Virus record (IMG/VR): IMGVR_UViG_3300025150_000003
Span: 64,001 to 128,000 of that record
Length of the DNA: 64,000 nucleotides
Source: a virus
Reading direction: 5' to 3' (one strand)
Both the position numbers and the translations under genes were made by a program. Numbering within the stretch: the stretch's first letter is position 1; the number at the start of each line of letters is the position of its first letter. Shown piece by piece: positions 58,401-64,000 of the stretch. Below the pieces are notes generated by a model, which worked only from the letters and a program-made list of their open reading frames with translations, did no database searches and had not been told where the DNA came from.

Positions 58401-60564
58401 CCTGGATGGAGGTGGCCACCTCCCCAGCGTCGAAGAACTCATTGTCGGGGAGAACTGCCAGCAACAGGCTCGAAGGCCAGTCATGAGCAACCCCGTCGAT
58501 GGAGAAGTAGAGCACCTCGGTGCCATCGAACCTGAATACGAGACGGCTCTTGGAGGCGATGGACGCTTTCTCGGTGTACGTCGAAGGATTCAAGGATGCC
58601 TGGAGGAAGTAGACCACCTCACCGGCAAACCGCTTCCGTGAGTCCGAGCCGAGCTGCACAACCGAGTGTAGAACCCCACCCTTGAGCCCGATAGGGACAG
58701 GCTCACGCGAGATGTACCCTGTCCCCCCTGGGACTGAATGTGGATAGGTGGGCAGGTCACTGATGCGATCCACCACCACGACCTCGGTGACAGACCCACC
58801 CTTTGCGAACAGGATGAGGTCACCCACCCCGTCGGAAATCTGACGGATGAGGCCGAGAGACTGAGGAGCGATGCCACCCCCAATGGGAGGAAGGCTATCC
58901 CCACCAGGTCGAATGGGGTCATCTACCAAAGCGGGGTTCACACCTTCGGGATCCGGGATGGCTCCCGTCCCATCGGGCATGTGCAACACACCAGAAAGCC
59001 CCAGACCCCGGAACACCTCGTCGGAACCGGCCAGGTCTTCCGGCCACGGAAGAGCATCCGGCAGGTACATGGGCTCGACCGGATGCAACGTCATCGTGAT
59101 GCCATCCGATTGCACAAGGGGACGGGGTCCCTTGAGGGGTTGCGGAATAGCGTTGAGGGCGACCCCATCGTAGTAGATCCGTGCCCCGAGGAAGTGCTTG
59201 TTGAAAGCCCCCAAGTTCCCCGAGTCGGCCTTGGCCACATCGGCTGATGAGAGCTTCACCCGCCCCGTGGTCAGGGCAACAGCACAAGAACCCTCGGCCG
59301 GAGCCCGCAGAGCCAACTCGGCCTCGTCAATGACCAGCTCCACATCCAAGGGAGTCCGGTTATTGATGCGGATGAAAGGGTGATCCGTGGGGCCAGGCAC
59401 CGGGGAGATGAACAGGTCATCCTGAATGTCCCCCACGTAGCCATCGGCGTCAGCAGAGAACCCTCGGTAGACGTACCAGAGGTTCTTGCCCGCGTTCTTC
59501 TCGACGAAAGCAGGGTTGAACTGAAGAATCCCATTCGTCTGCCCCACGATCCCTGAGCGGCGGCTTGCTTCAAAAGGATAGGCGCTCTCCGCATCCACAT
59601 CGGAAACCACCACCACACCAGTGAACCCATCCGGGTCAGATGTGCCCACAGGGCTACTCAGGGCACCTGCTGAGGAGCCCAGACGGAGCATAGCGTAGCC
59701 GTCCAGCACCAAAGCACTGCCAGGCAGCACAGAGCCTACAGGGAGGTTGCTGAAGGGTGGGGAGAGCTTGTAGGTGGTGTCGAACAGAAGTGCACCCAGG
59801 TTCACTGGGCCTGACCCCTTGTAGGGCATCCACCGCTGGAAGGTGTTGTTCCAGCCGAACCGCGTCTCGTAGCGGTCATTCCTCGTCCACCAGAATTTCT
59901 GGGCGGCCAACGTGTACCGAACGGCCACGACTCGGTCACCACGGTCAGATGACAGGCTGCCATCGAACAACGTCGCCAGGTCGCTGGCTACCAATCCGGT
60001 ACTGGGTGCCTCGTAGACGTTGTAGTTGTTGAGGGTGACAACTCCGCCCGCCTGGCCAGCCACATCGGGCTTGACGACGTAATAGGGGTTGGAGCCTTGG
60101 CGTCCCAGGTCAGGATCCTGTGTGTCCACCCAACCGCCATCACTGTGAGCCACGTCCCCCCGAGCAATCACCAGGTGGGTGATGAGCCCCACCCGGCGAC
60201 CACCATCGTCCGTCACAATGACCTTGAGTGTACCGTCGCTGAACGTCCCCACCGCCAGACTGCCCACAGGCAGGCGGCCTGTGCCTTCCTCGGACCACCA
60301 AGATGAGTCATCGATCAGGGCGAGATGAGAGGAGAACGCCGCCCACACCAGGTACTCATGTGGAGAGGTGCCAGGTGCTTGAAGCACCGCAGCCCGATAC
60401 TGGTCCCCCGCGTAGTCCGCAATGACCGGCTGAGCCGCAGTGCGAGTCCCAGGGGGGATACGCACATCCCGCACGACACCGTTGGTGGGGTCACCGGATG
60501 TGGCAGAGTTCCCAGGGGCGACCCGAGGAGCACGAAGAACATGGCCTGTGAAGTCAAAACCCAT
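49420..60564 (-). CDS. Giant (3714 aa) putative virion/baseplate-associated protein
   Basis: 11.1-kb uninterrupted ORF, acidic and Gly/Pro/Val-rich, within the baseplate operon. Confidence 0.8.
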   Translation of the reverse strand: MGFDFTGHVLRAPRVAPGNSATSGDPTNGVVRDVRIPPGTRTAAQPVIADYAGDQYRAAVLQAPGTSPHEYLVWAAFSSHLALIDDSSWWSEEGTGRLPVGSLAVGTFSDGTLKVIVTDDGGRRVGLITHLVIARGDVAHSDGGWVDTQDPDLGRQGSNPYYVVKPDVAGQAGGVVTLNNYNVYEAPSTGLVASDLATLFDGSLSSDRGDRVVAVRYTLAAQKFWWTRNDRYETRFGWNNTFQRWMPYKGSGPVNLGALLFDTTYKLSPPFSNLPVGSVLPGSALVLDGYAMLRLGSSAGALSSPVGTSDPDGFTGVVVVSDVDAESAYPFEASRRSGIVGQTNGILQFNPAFVEKNAGKNLWYVYRGFSADADGYVGDIQDDLFISPVPGPTDHPFIRINNRTPLDVELVIDEAELALRAPAEGSCAVALTTGRVKLSSADVAKADSGNLGAFNKHFLGARIYYDGVALNAIPQPLKGPRPLVQSDGITMTLHPVEPMYLPDALPWPEDLAGSDEVFRGLGLSGVLHMPDGTGAIPDPEGVNPALVDDPIRPGGDSLPPIGGGIAPQSLGLIRQISDGVGDLILFAKGGSVTEVVVVDRISDLPTYPHSVPGGTGYISREPVPIGLKGGVLHSVVQLGSDSRKRFAGEVVYFLQASLNPSTYTEKASIASKSRLVFRFDGTEVLYFSIDGVAHDWPSSLLLAVLPDNEFFDAGEVATSIQARIVAQAGTGICRASGDRVVLEAVDPDSGLVEIGWGDPKDLTGTAALGFLPGWVAEAGKPNWLSDAGISVGLSRSLLNLDRSKPDADYIAQYRLEDVVLAESVQQSPFTFLDFAPVEDIAGYDEGVFFNLQTVASQGDELRIIDKRLGHYEEIEHRFPEGKFAWLGESLSSNAVTQRTTTINLGNPSVVPATLLNAPGINGAFLAAEDGGRFVVQQQGVDYLLPDQGLSGTIQLTTRYGASVASGGQGSYQNGGTTFTDAQGLFLITLKAGDRIKLSSGPAQGSYVITSVTDNTHCEVTPPFIADPDRATPWEAFSGYPDSVYDPAVVADQVYKPFNHLPDEPFQIRVLSPIGVVAGQDYTAGVEDANASGRSVSLRFGAVHSGTGVTAALYPIGLRSMGDVANDTLFLPYTVHVSEGVFSLWVGTEMFSPLAVAAFTVDPVGVEYLTADWMDGDGFLHPKGELKFNSTLLTDLASSDVLYVEELRDAANLLAGDAEYDPKTGHVRISAADAVTHAGKQLYFVEQMVPGSDVSVSPMVGAVSFRKPLTKGCLVEMEYWLATVEGRRVGGVDDTIIEFLPVFARRETTTRLTDHEFQIDPLGEHVIDTRVEPLVFVGPKQQNFGVEDFTTDQPGNLLGMRLTFNRDLPAWATPVATYSVFDALGGERAYTTSQSPVYRPPFYIPAGRDNFGLRGNRLADFEVGQMLRIGAECFYLTALTYFPDPDTTRVDIYPPTSSEVGSRSPGNDVLTLVTSSPITPVLDPDGLAPIATTAPAGFMQEVPTTAFPFEPVNAKQSSITFLGDLSTFAVPGHIMEIGGMPFTIAEATLSEDGTRTKITFTSPFRVAVTSQGTTVRLSYRPVYPPDTRQIVGIGPYVAAEGVELVLFGEVSRGVEQPGRTLAEGTEFQIDPETGVVLLTEPLQAPLGSGQKLLLSHTKIRVMEPFFSGGSVQFPRWFAKYKHNVLPSASNGYLGGTLTATYTFSSPDSLYYRALPLRSYLGEAVTQAVREMKQGQSSGGPRLTVPAGDDNWDKGNLGIPSERRDLLDKDRAARALLGFYNDSVVAFEQVLECIDGKFIGDRDGKFRFWIGRGQDYTPPGYEDAITGLLNPSNVWDLVFNEGDPTRDITFLEADPLVKPEVATISDFRLAGAPLGVSRLRKMMDHQKLLVRNDVDDILLLGASKPKLIPTNSTPYFTLESKGVFDRMGGAHRYSRLFPTSARVLFTLLPGIGADLTVGDVGVYSWGTINPETGEKESTYGTQIGQVANPVLGDITNVSESLIRLRLPRTRVFGYYPDGLLADALFSGSPAVTQPCCVVSMVPLSELPADPATGYPDVSRFMSQDVAGDIPDAEAGDPQMALPGFESGQKIGWGKPDGQFLAALFPEEYSLFGLKLYTSVLVDEVLHGCVLTFKNRLGVAITNPNDLLVGTTANTGTPAHLFPIERADTIYVLPPDAANPISDPTTQSPTMEVMQQAALMMPTLRQGVDITVDTSGRVIDLSLPSWADPFLFPIKEITGQKSPIPMSHLEGSVDFANIDQLPLNTPALLGQPFDDAGDLQIPYMDGTNTELDRFDEITNVLGPLMAADPVAGGYYPDEILFTDGEVLAAAVALGGFYQEPATLMTQTKTDPAATYGVAPGQEGDLLLVQVDPGAPLGWQGILSVGRLTNANVGGDDWSWIEPPRFATQVSQGSPVQYVLDNYYVHTTPGNYPVNPQVTNPLGVRLFDDIAGATTVISFQDMAIGLGLGLNDGNAINTGNLNTILAASADNIVKVNLISRPDDTVLNGPAGAVSVADMKDGRVFLTIWIRSGFARVTDYQGNDTGWVVHAGVTFGGFDAVGGEPAPATVAENRHIILTGWSGQIPFTPTVGTEVQWFLPHDHLDPAGPNDRKISRYGWEFSLDVDTSTPGFSDSAYIDSDRLTFHEVIDFTGARPRGFEHDNGVGATHVYQTQLRVKQVWLGLGAYSTANDVAAGPLEFVSREGSLTNLEGTWNPAPSPAEEGSLRVMAFEFLNTPITGSNITAALVASQSLDTDGVPILVGNGIAEGNQIHTVVPVALSGDVGRVVKGDLVYIDRSGSALPSSATEKAGTYIVRYAVEPTVGPNLYKPVAGATLKSGGGFITSLFPRVVSFDFDPFVLRLELDSTTILPASGKVYVQLGDLNTTVAAEYKAALFSVEYTAKDVSGLSLVGGSFKWADDSAVVDPVVDLVADLVGLQIGWHDNSGGGTGIQQIPIQIRGNSLPDDSSVVGYNAGAAYGVNTLTFSRYGSVALTFGALEIVRGLAPAAGEAAVAKSPVYGSEVFDPTGEEIVYEDVPYLLSLNLDNIQATTLNDPNTLSGGAGVACLLPGSLAVTDFWAKGGVFVEPSTPRVTLNLDPASDPKVVDASRSLTAGTIGMRNPTAAEDVHFEVRRCRRWHGQQNGVNDAFHPLQYAYEIRRGVVTDFSRNEQQVGTLTALNFEMNWNVGTPFPRVPDVWSDNDGVLYQGTNLGPFTSEDVNIHPGDILRLLDDAGVVLEEAVVSEVVSDAVLKLRAPGFATLTQASVIGRRFEVWLRQAPVPHEQSNEQLLDLITDQVIHETVADQSDVDPSNWVGGYVPEVAAPGDWTSIANLLYDDSASPPDFVALGVRAGDIVIIDPMGLIPVVDERGSRPFGDTSVPGRTAGVNPSPHVVGQVSSLDDNRGFYRVQSVEATNLTLDPVHSFAGTLGADVLMATTQTDLMYAIYPTVGLSELSDPAPNTGEGQNDLRPTRKATEISPGVWSYTDSLDTVLDKHSLRPFSYRIIRPNAMFSAEIVDAVLMMRERMLSLIEMFRSVMKGTKGGYYWDWQDQEHVLDLGAPFDPDSGSGLFPNRLVTTLVGEADYSPFINTSDCLSLLDRRFWILDRRLDTLKPDATNPFGMTEFTALDPSFPDVGGPYTAYTDQVTGGSEVRPVLPDELGLILDVRDRLRAIRYTWLAYRTHRYIGTLARVQAFDEALPARLEDRQRTLLLEQTAEGVTG

Positions 60565-60565
60565 A

Positions 60566-61156
60566 CTAGACCATCACCGACGTGGACGCCCCGGAGGCGG
60601 GAGCAATACTTGGAGAACCTACCACAGTACCCGTCCCAGTCGCCGTCAGCAGCAAGCTGGCGATGCCGGTAGACAGACCCTTGGCAAGCTGCGGGGAGGC
60701 AGCCCCTGACCCCAGGAGACCCTGAAGCGTGGGGAGAAGAAGGAGCAGGAGTCCCGTGGCATCAGCTCGTGTCACCTTGGACACGTCCTGTCCCACTCCG
60801 ACCCCGGTCACCCCCCCAGCATAGTTGGCCCAGCTTGAGATGGTCTTGGGGACTGCCAACCCGATGACCGTCCCCAGAGCCACCCCCAAAGGACCCACCA
60901 TCCCTGCCGAGGAGAGCCCCGCAATAACCAGAGGTGGGTTGGGCAGCAAGAACATCCGTGTGCTTGGTACGGCCAGGGCTCCTGCTCCAGCCGTACCCAC
61001 GGCGAGCCCTTGGAGCATCACCGAAGGACCCCAAGTTGCCAGAGCCGACGCCACCGCCCATGCCAACTGGTCAAACGAGAAGCCCCCAAACGGGAAAGAG
61101 GTGGCTGCTCGAAAAGAAGCCAGGTCGTTGTAGTAGATCTGGGGCGTCAGGGCCAT
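60566..61156 (-). CDS. Gly/Ala/Leu-rich hydrophobic protein following the spike gene
   Basis: ATG 61156 (MALTPQ) overlaps the spike stop (TGATG). Very few charged residues. Confidence 0.75.
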   Translation of the reverse strand: MALTPQIYYNDLASFRAATSFPFGGFSFDQLAWAVASALATWGPSVMLQGLAVGTAGAGALAVPSTRMFLLPNPPLVIAGLSSAGMVGPLGVALGTVIGLAVPKTISSWANYAGGVTGVGVGQDVSKVTRADATGLLLLLLPTLQGLLGSGAASPQLAKGLSTGIASLLLTATGTGTVVGSPSIAPASGASTSVMV

Positions 61157-63579
61157 CAGGGTGTCACCACGACCGTTTTGGCTCCCAAACCCCATGTTGC
61201 AAAGGGGAGGTTGGTGAACGGCTCACGGGAACCTGCGCAGATGACGGGGCCGATGTCCAGGCCGTTGCCTGGGGAAGCCAACGTGATGACCGTCCCTGAC
61301 CGGATGGAGACCGGGCCATTGGACTCAATCTGCACCGCCACCAAACCTTTCATGACAGCGGCCCCCGCCGTCGCGTTGAGCTTGACGTTGCCCACCAGAG
61401 CATCAGCGGTGATACCCCCAGCTCCGATCTCGACGGAGTTCTGAAACGCCCGTGCTTTCCAGGTCCCGACCTCTGTCTCATAGGTCATGTTGCCAATGAG
61501 GATGCTGGTCTTGTGGTTGCCGAGCTTGAACGTCTCCTCACGGTCACCCATCTCATAGGTGACCTCCTCACAGACCACACCAGGGAAGTTCGGGGTGTAG
61601 CTCCGCTCGTGCAGAGCACCGTTGGTTGGGAGGAGATTCTTGGGGCCGGTGAAGTTGTCCACCCGCTTCCCGGTCACCGTGGACTTGTAGTCCTCCGTCG
61701 AGGAATGGATCTGCTTGGCCGATGTGATCTCCACCAGGTCATGGCCAATGGCCCGGACCACCTTGGCGTTCTCCTCGATCTCCTGCCCCTTGACGAGAAT
61801 CTTCTTCTCTGCCCGGAGACGAAGATTGGTCCGAGCATGGATGTCCACACTGGGGGTGGAACCACCCTCCCCACCCTGCGTACCTTGCAGCCGCTCCATC
61901 ACGGCTTCTTCATCCCGAGTGGGGCCACCACCATAGATGACCACAGGACCCAACTCACTACGGAGCCGGAGGCTGTCCTTGCTCAGGGTGCCCAGACGGA
62001 TGCCACCCTTGAGTTGCAGATCCAGCCCGCCGCCCATGGCCAAGCGCATCCCACCTGCAATGGCAGCATTCACCCCGTAGCCCGAGGTGTGGCCTGAGAT
62101 GCTGATGTTGACTTCCCCACGCTTGTTGACCGACCACCAGGTGGGAGGCATGTCCCCTTTCACAGGGGTCAACTTGAACAAGGTAGCAGCGTGCTGTCCC
62201 AGAGGTGTGCCACCACTCTGACCTGGAGCTGCAATCCGAGCAGGGAACATGCGGGGGCTCAGGCCCCCCATGCCATCGAACACCTGGGTGACCATCGGGA
62301 GGCCATACTGAGGGCGGCCTAGTTGCGTGAAAGGGTCATTCCCCACAACCGAGCCGAGCACCCACTCGATGAAGGGTTGGTTGCCACTGACCCCCGGTGT
62401 GCTCTGATCACTGTCTGGCAACCGCTCAGCGTCGAAACCATCCGTTTGCTCCGTCACGGGCAAACGACCATCCGAAGTGTGGGACACCTCAATTCGATGC
62501 TCGGTCAGGATAGAGGCACCAGGCAGCAACGTGGCGTTGTCTTGAGACCCCGGACCGATACGATAGAGGTTCTTGCCACCGTAGACCGCGTCGTTGAGGT
62601 GCCTGGAGTCGTAGGCAACGCCTTCCTCGTCGATGTATCCACCCGTGTGCAGGAACACGTAGGGATCCAGGTGCTTCGGGTAGGAGTAGACCGCTCCCGA
62701 AAGGTCCCCCTCTGGCCCGAAATTGCGAGCCAGCATCGGGTCAGGGGTCAGGTGGTTGTTGGGGTAGTTCTCGCTCAGAGGCAGGTCATTCTCGTGCAGC
62801 GGAGCCCCTGCGTAGGCCTGAATAGCCCCATCCCACGTGTGCCCATCGCTGAACATCGTCGTCGGCAGGCGAAGGGCATCCCGCTGCACCATTCCGGCAT
62901 AGGTTCGACTACCGGCAAGGGCAGTGAACTGCTGAAGTGCTCGGGTGACCACTGCCTGATCGGCATCCCGGAGTAGGATCTGGTTGCCACGACGGTTGGT
63001 CAGGAGCACATCCTCGTCGAGGACCAGGTCTGACCCCTGCGAACTGGAGGCCACGATGTTGCCCGGCTGGATGTGACGGAGCTTGTGGCGGATACGGTCG
63101 AAAATCCCGTGGATCTCCTCCTTGCTCCGACTCGTCCCGCCATCGTGCTCATCCTCGGTGAAGTTCGAGAGAGTCAGCCAATCCCGACCTGGCCACACAC
63201 CAGGCAGAACCCAAGTCAAGATGACCGGCGTGGCGGACCCACCCCACTTCTCCGAGGATTCCTGAGGCAACCAGCCAATGACGCAGTAGTCTCCGACCTC
63301 AGGCATCGCACCCAGGAAATGCCGTGTCCCTGCCCCGGGGTAGGTCAGAGGAACAGGCACCCGCTCGAACTCCTGCTCGGTGCCAATCACCGTGCGGAGG
63401 GTGACGTAGTGCTCCTCGTAGTCGATGGCGACCACGCGAGCCACACCCAGCCCCATGTTGCCACCCCGATCGGGGTTCATCTCATCAAGCTGCTTCTTCT
63501 TCGCGAAAGGTTGATTCTTGAGGTCTCCGCGATGCACACGCCCCAGGGTGTTCCAAGCTCGACCGAGTTCATCAGGCAT
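61156..63579 (-). CDS. Baseplate central spike (gp5/gpV/VgrG-like)
   Basis: OB-fold ARVVAIDYEEHYVTL...AMPEVGDYCVIGW and C-terminal short beta-strand repeats. Confidence 0.75.
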   Translation of the reverse strand: MPDELGRAWNTLGRVHRGDLKNQPFAKKKQLDEMNPDRGGNMGLGVARVVAIDYEEHYVTLRTVIGTEQEFERVPVPLTYPGAGTRHFLGAMPEVGDYCVIGWLPQESSEKWGGSATPVILTWVLPGVWPGRDWLTLSNFTEDEHDGGTSRSKEEIHGIFDRIRHKLRHIQPGNIVASSSQGSDLVLDEDVLLTNRRGNQILLRDADQAVVTRALQQFTALAGSRTYAGMVQRDALRLPTTMFSDGHTWDGAIQAYAGAPLHENDLPLSENYPNNHLTPDPMLARNFGPEGDLSGAVYSYPKHLDPYVFLHTGGYIDEEGVAYDSRHLNDAVYGGKNLYRIGPGSQDNATLLPGASILTEHRIEVSHTSDGRLPVTEQTDGFDAERLPDSDQSTPGVSGNQPFIEWVLGSVVGNDPFTQLGRPQYGLPMVTQVFDGMGGLSPRMFPARIAAPGQSGGTPLGQHAATLFKLTPVKGDMPPTWWSVNKRGEVNISISGHTSGYGVNAAIAGGMRLAMGGGLDLQLKGGIRLGTLSKDSLRLRSELGPVVIYGGGPTRDEEAVMERLQGTQGGEGGSTPSVDIHARTNLRLRAEKKILVKGQEIEENAKVVRAIGHDLVEITSAKQIHSSTEDYKSTVTGKRVDNFTGPKNLLPTNGALHERSYTPNFPGVVCEEVTYEMGDREETFKLGNHKTSILIGNMTYETEVGTWKARAFQNSVEIGAGGITADALVGNVKLNATAGAAVMKGLVAVQIESNGPVSIRSGTVITLASPGNGLDIGPVICAGSREPFTNLPFATWGLGAKTVVVTP

Positions 63580-64000
63580 TAGTTATCCTCCCCAGTGAGT
63601 TCCCCAACCCGTCGCTCGAACTCGGCACTAGCCGCCGAAAGAGCACTATCACTAGGCCCCGTGGAGTCGGTGAACGCATCGGCCAACTGCTTGACGATGA
63701 AGCTCCCTCCCCGGTCCATCACCTGCCCTCGAAGAGCCTGCTGCTGTTGCTGCCACCCGGAAGCGGCCTGTGCAGCCGTGTGAGCCACCCATCTGGACCC
63801 CTCATCCGCAGGGTCCTCACCCAGCCCCTCGTGCTGCGGAGAGCCTCCCTGTGAGAACTGGAGGAAGTCCTCTTGCCCGAAGGCCACCAGGTGGATGTCG
63901 GCCTCCGCTGCCTTGCAATCGCAAACGTGGCCAGCCTGCTGAAGATTCATGTCGGCGAGAGAGTAGGCCGCGTTGATGACTGGGATCTTCTGGATCCCAT
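63579..64000 (-). CDS. C-terminal part of a gene starting beyond the window
   Basis: The frame is open to the edge (...GIQKIPVINAAYSLADMNLQQ...), and the stop TAA overlaps the spike ATG. Confidence 0.7.
   Translation of the reverse strand, partial: GIQKIPVINAAYSLADMNLQQAGHVCDCKAAEADIHLVAFGQEDFLQFSQGGSPQHEGLGEDPADEGSRWVAHTAAQAASGWQQQQQALRGQVMDRGGSFIVKQLADAFTDSTGPSDSALSAASAEFERRVGELTGEDN

Noticed and set aside
9-63976. Numerous long plus-strand ORFs opposite the minus-strand genes (e.g. 625-1491, 23898-25073, 50686-51963, 55522-57030), and minus-strand ORFs opposite 15131-17415
   Set aside because: They are antisense shadows expected from high GC3, with no motifs or RBS, and are fully overlapped by better-supported genes.
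18870-64000. Extracellular contractile injection system or tailocin instead of a phage tail
   Set aside because: The module is contiguous with phage-type replication, methylase, phoH and early-gene modules, and no cellular housekeeping genes are present.

Overview
GC-rich (roughly 60-63%) fragment of a large, probably jumbo, myovirus genome. Almost all genes lie on the minus strand and many are translationally coupled (ATGA or TGATG overlaps). Three zones are visible. (1) About 1-11.4 kb is a replication and DNA-modification block. Read in gene order it contains a SNF2 helicase, a degenerate DnaC-like loader, a DnaB-like helicase with a LAGLIDADG intein, a Dam-like methyltransferase, two complementary halves of a beta-class methyltransferase, PhoH and a papain-like peptidase that runs off the window edge. 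(2) About 12-17.6 kb is a divergently transcribed island of small accessory genes preceded by five copies of GGCTCAA(C/A)-N14-CGTAGTAG. (3) About 17.6-64 kb is a contractile-tail and baseplate module: spike, gp25-like, baseplate J, wedge with a beta-propeller, beta-helix tailspike, two paralogous fibre-like proteins and a 3714-aa protein. The most striking feature is the methyltransferase locus. The enzyme is split into two genes in swapped order, one with DPPY but no FxGxG and the other with FxGxG but a decayed DPPY region. The DPPY half carries an intein whose homing endonuclease, a zinc-finger HNH, is encoded in a different reading frame while the intein frame stays open across it. A second candidate promoter class, CGNT-N7-CTAT, occurs in four intergenic gaps. 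No tRNA, rRNA, CRISPR array, reverse transcriptase or transposase was recognised. All assignments come from reading motifs by eye; no database searches were run.
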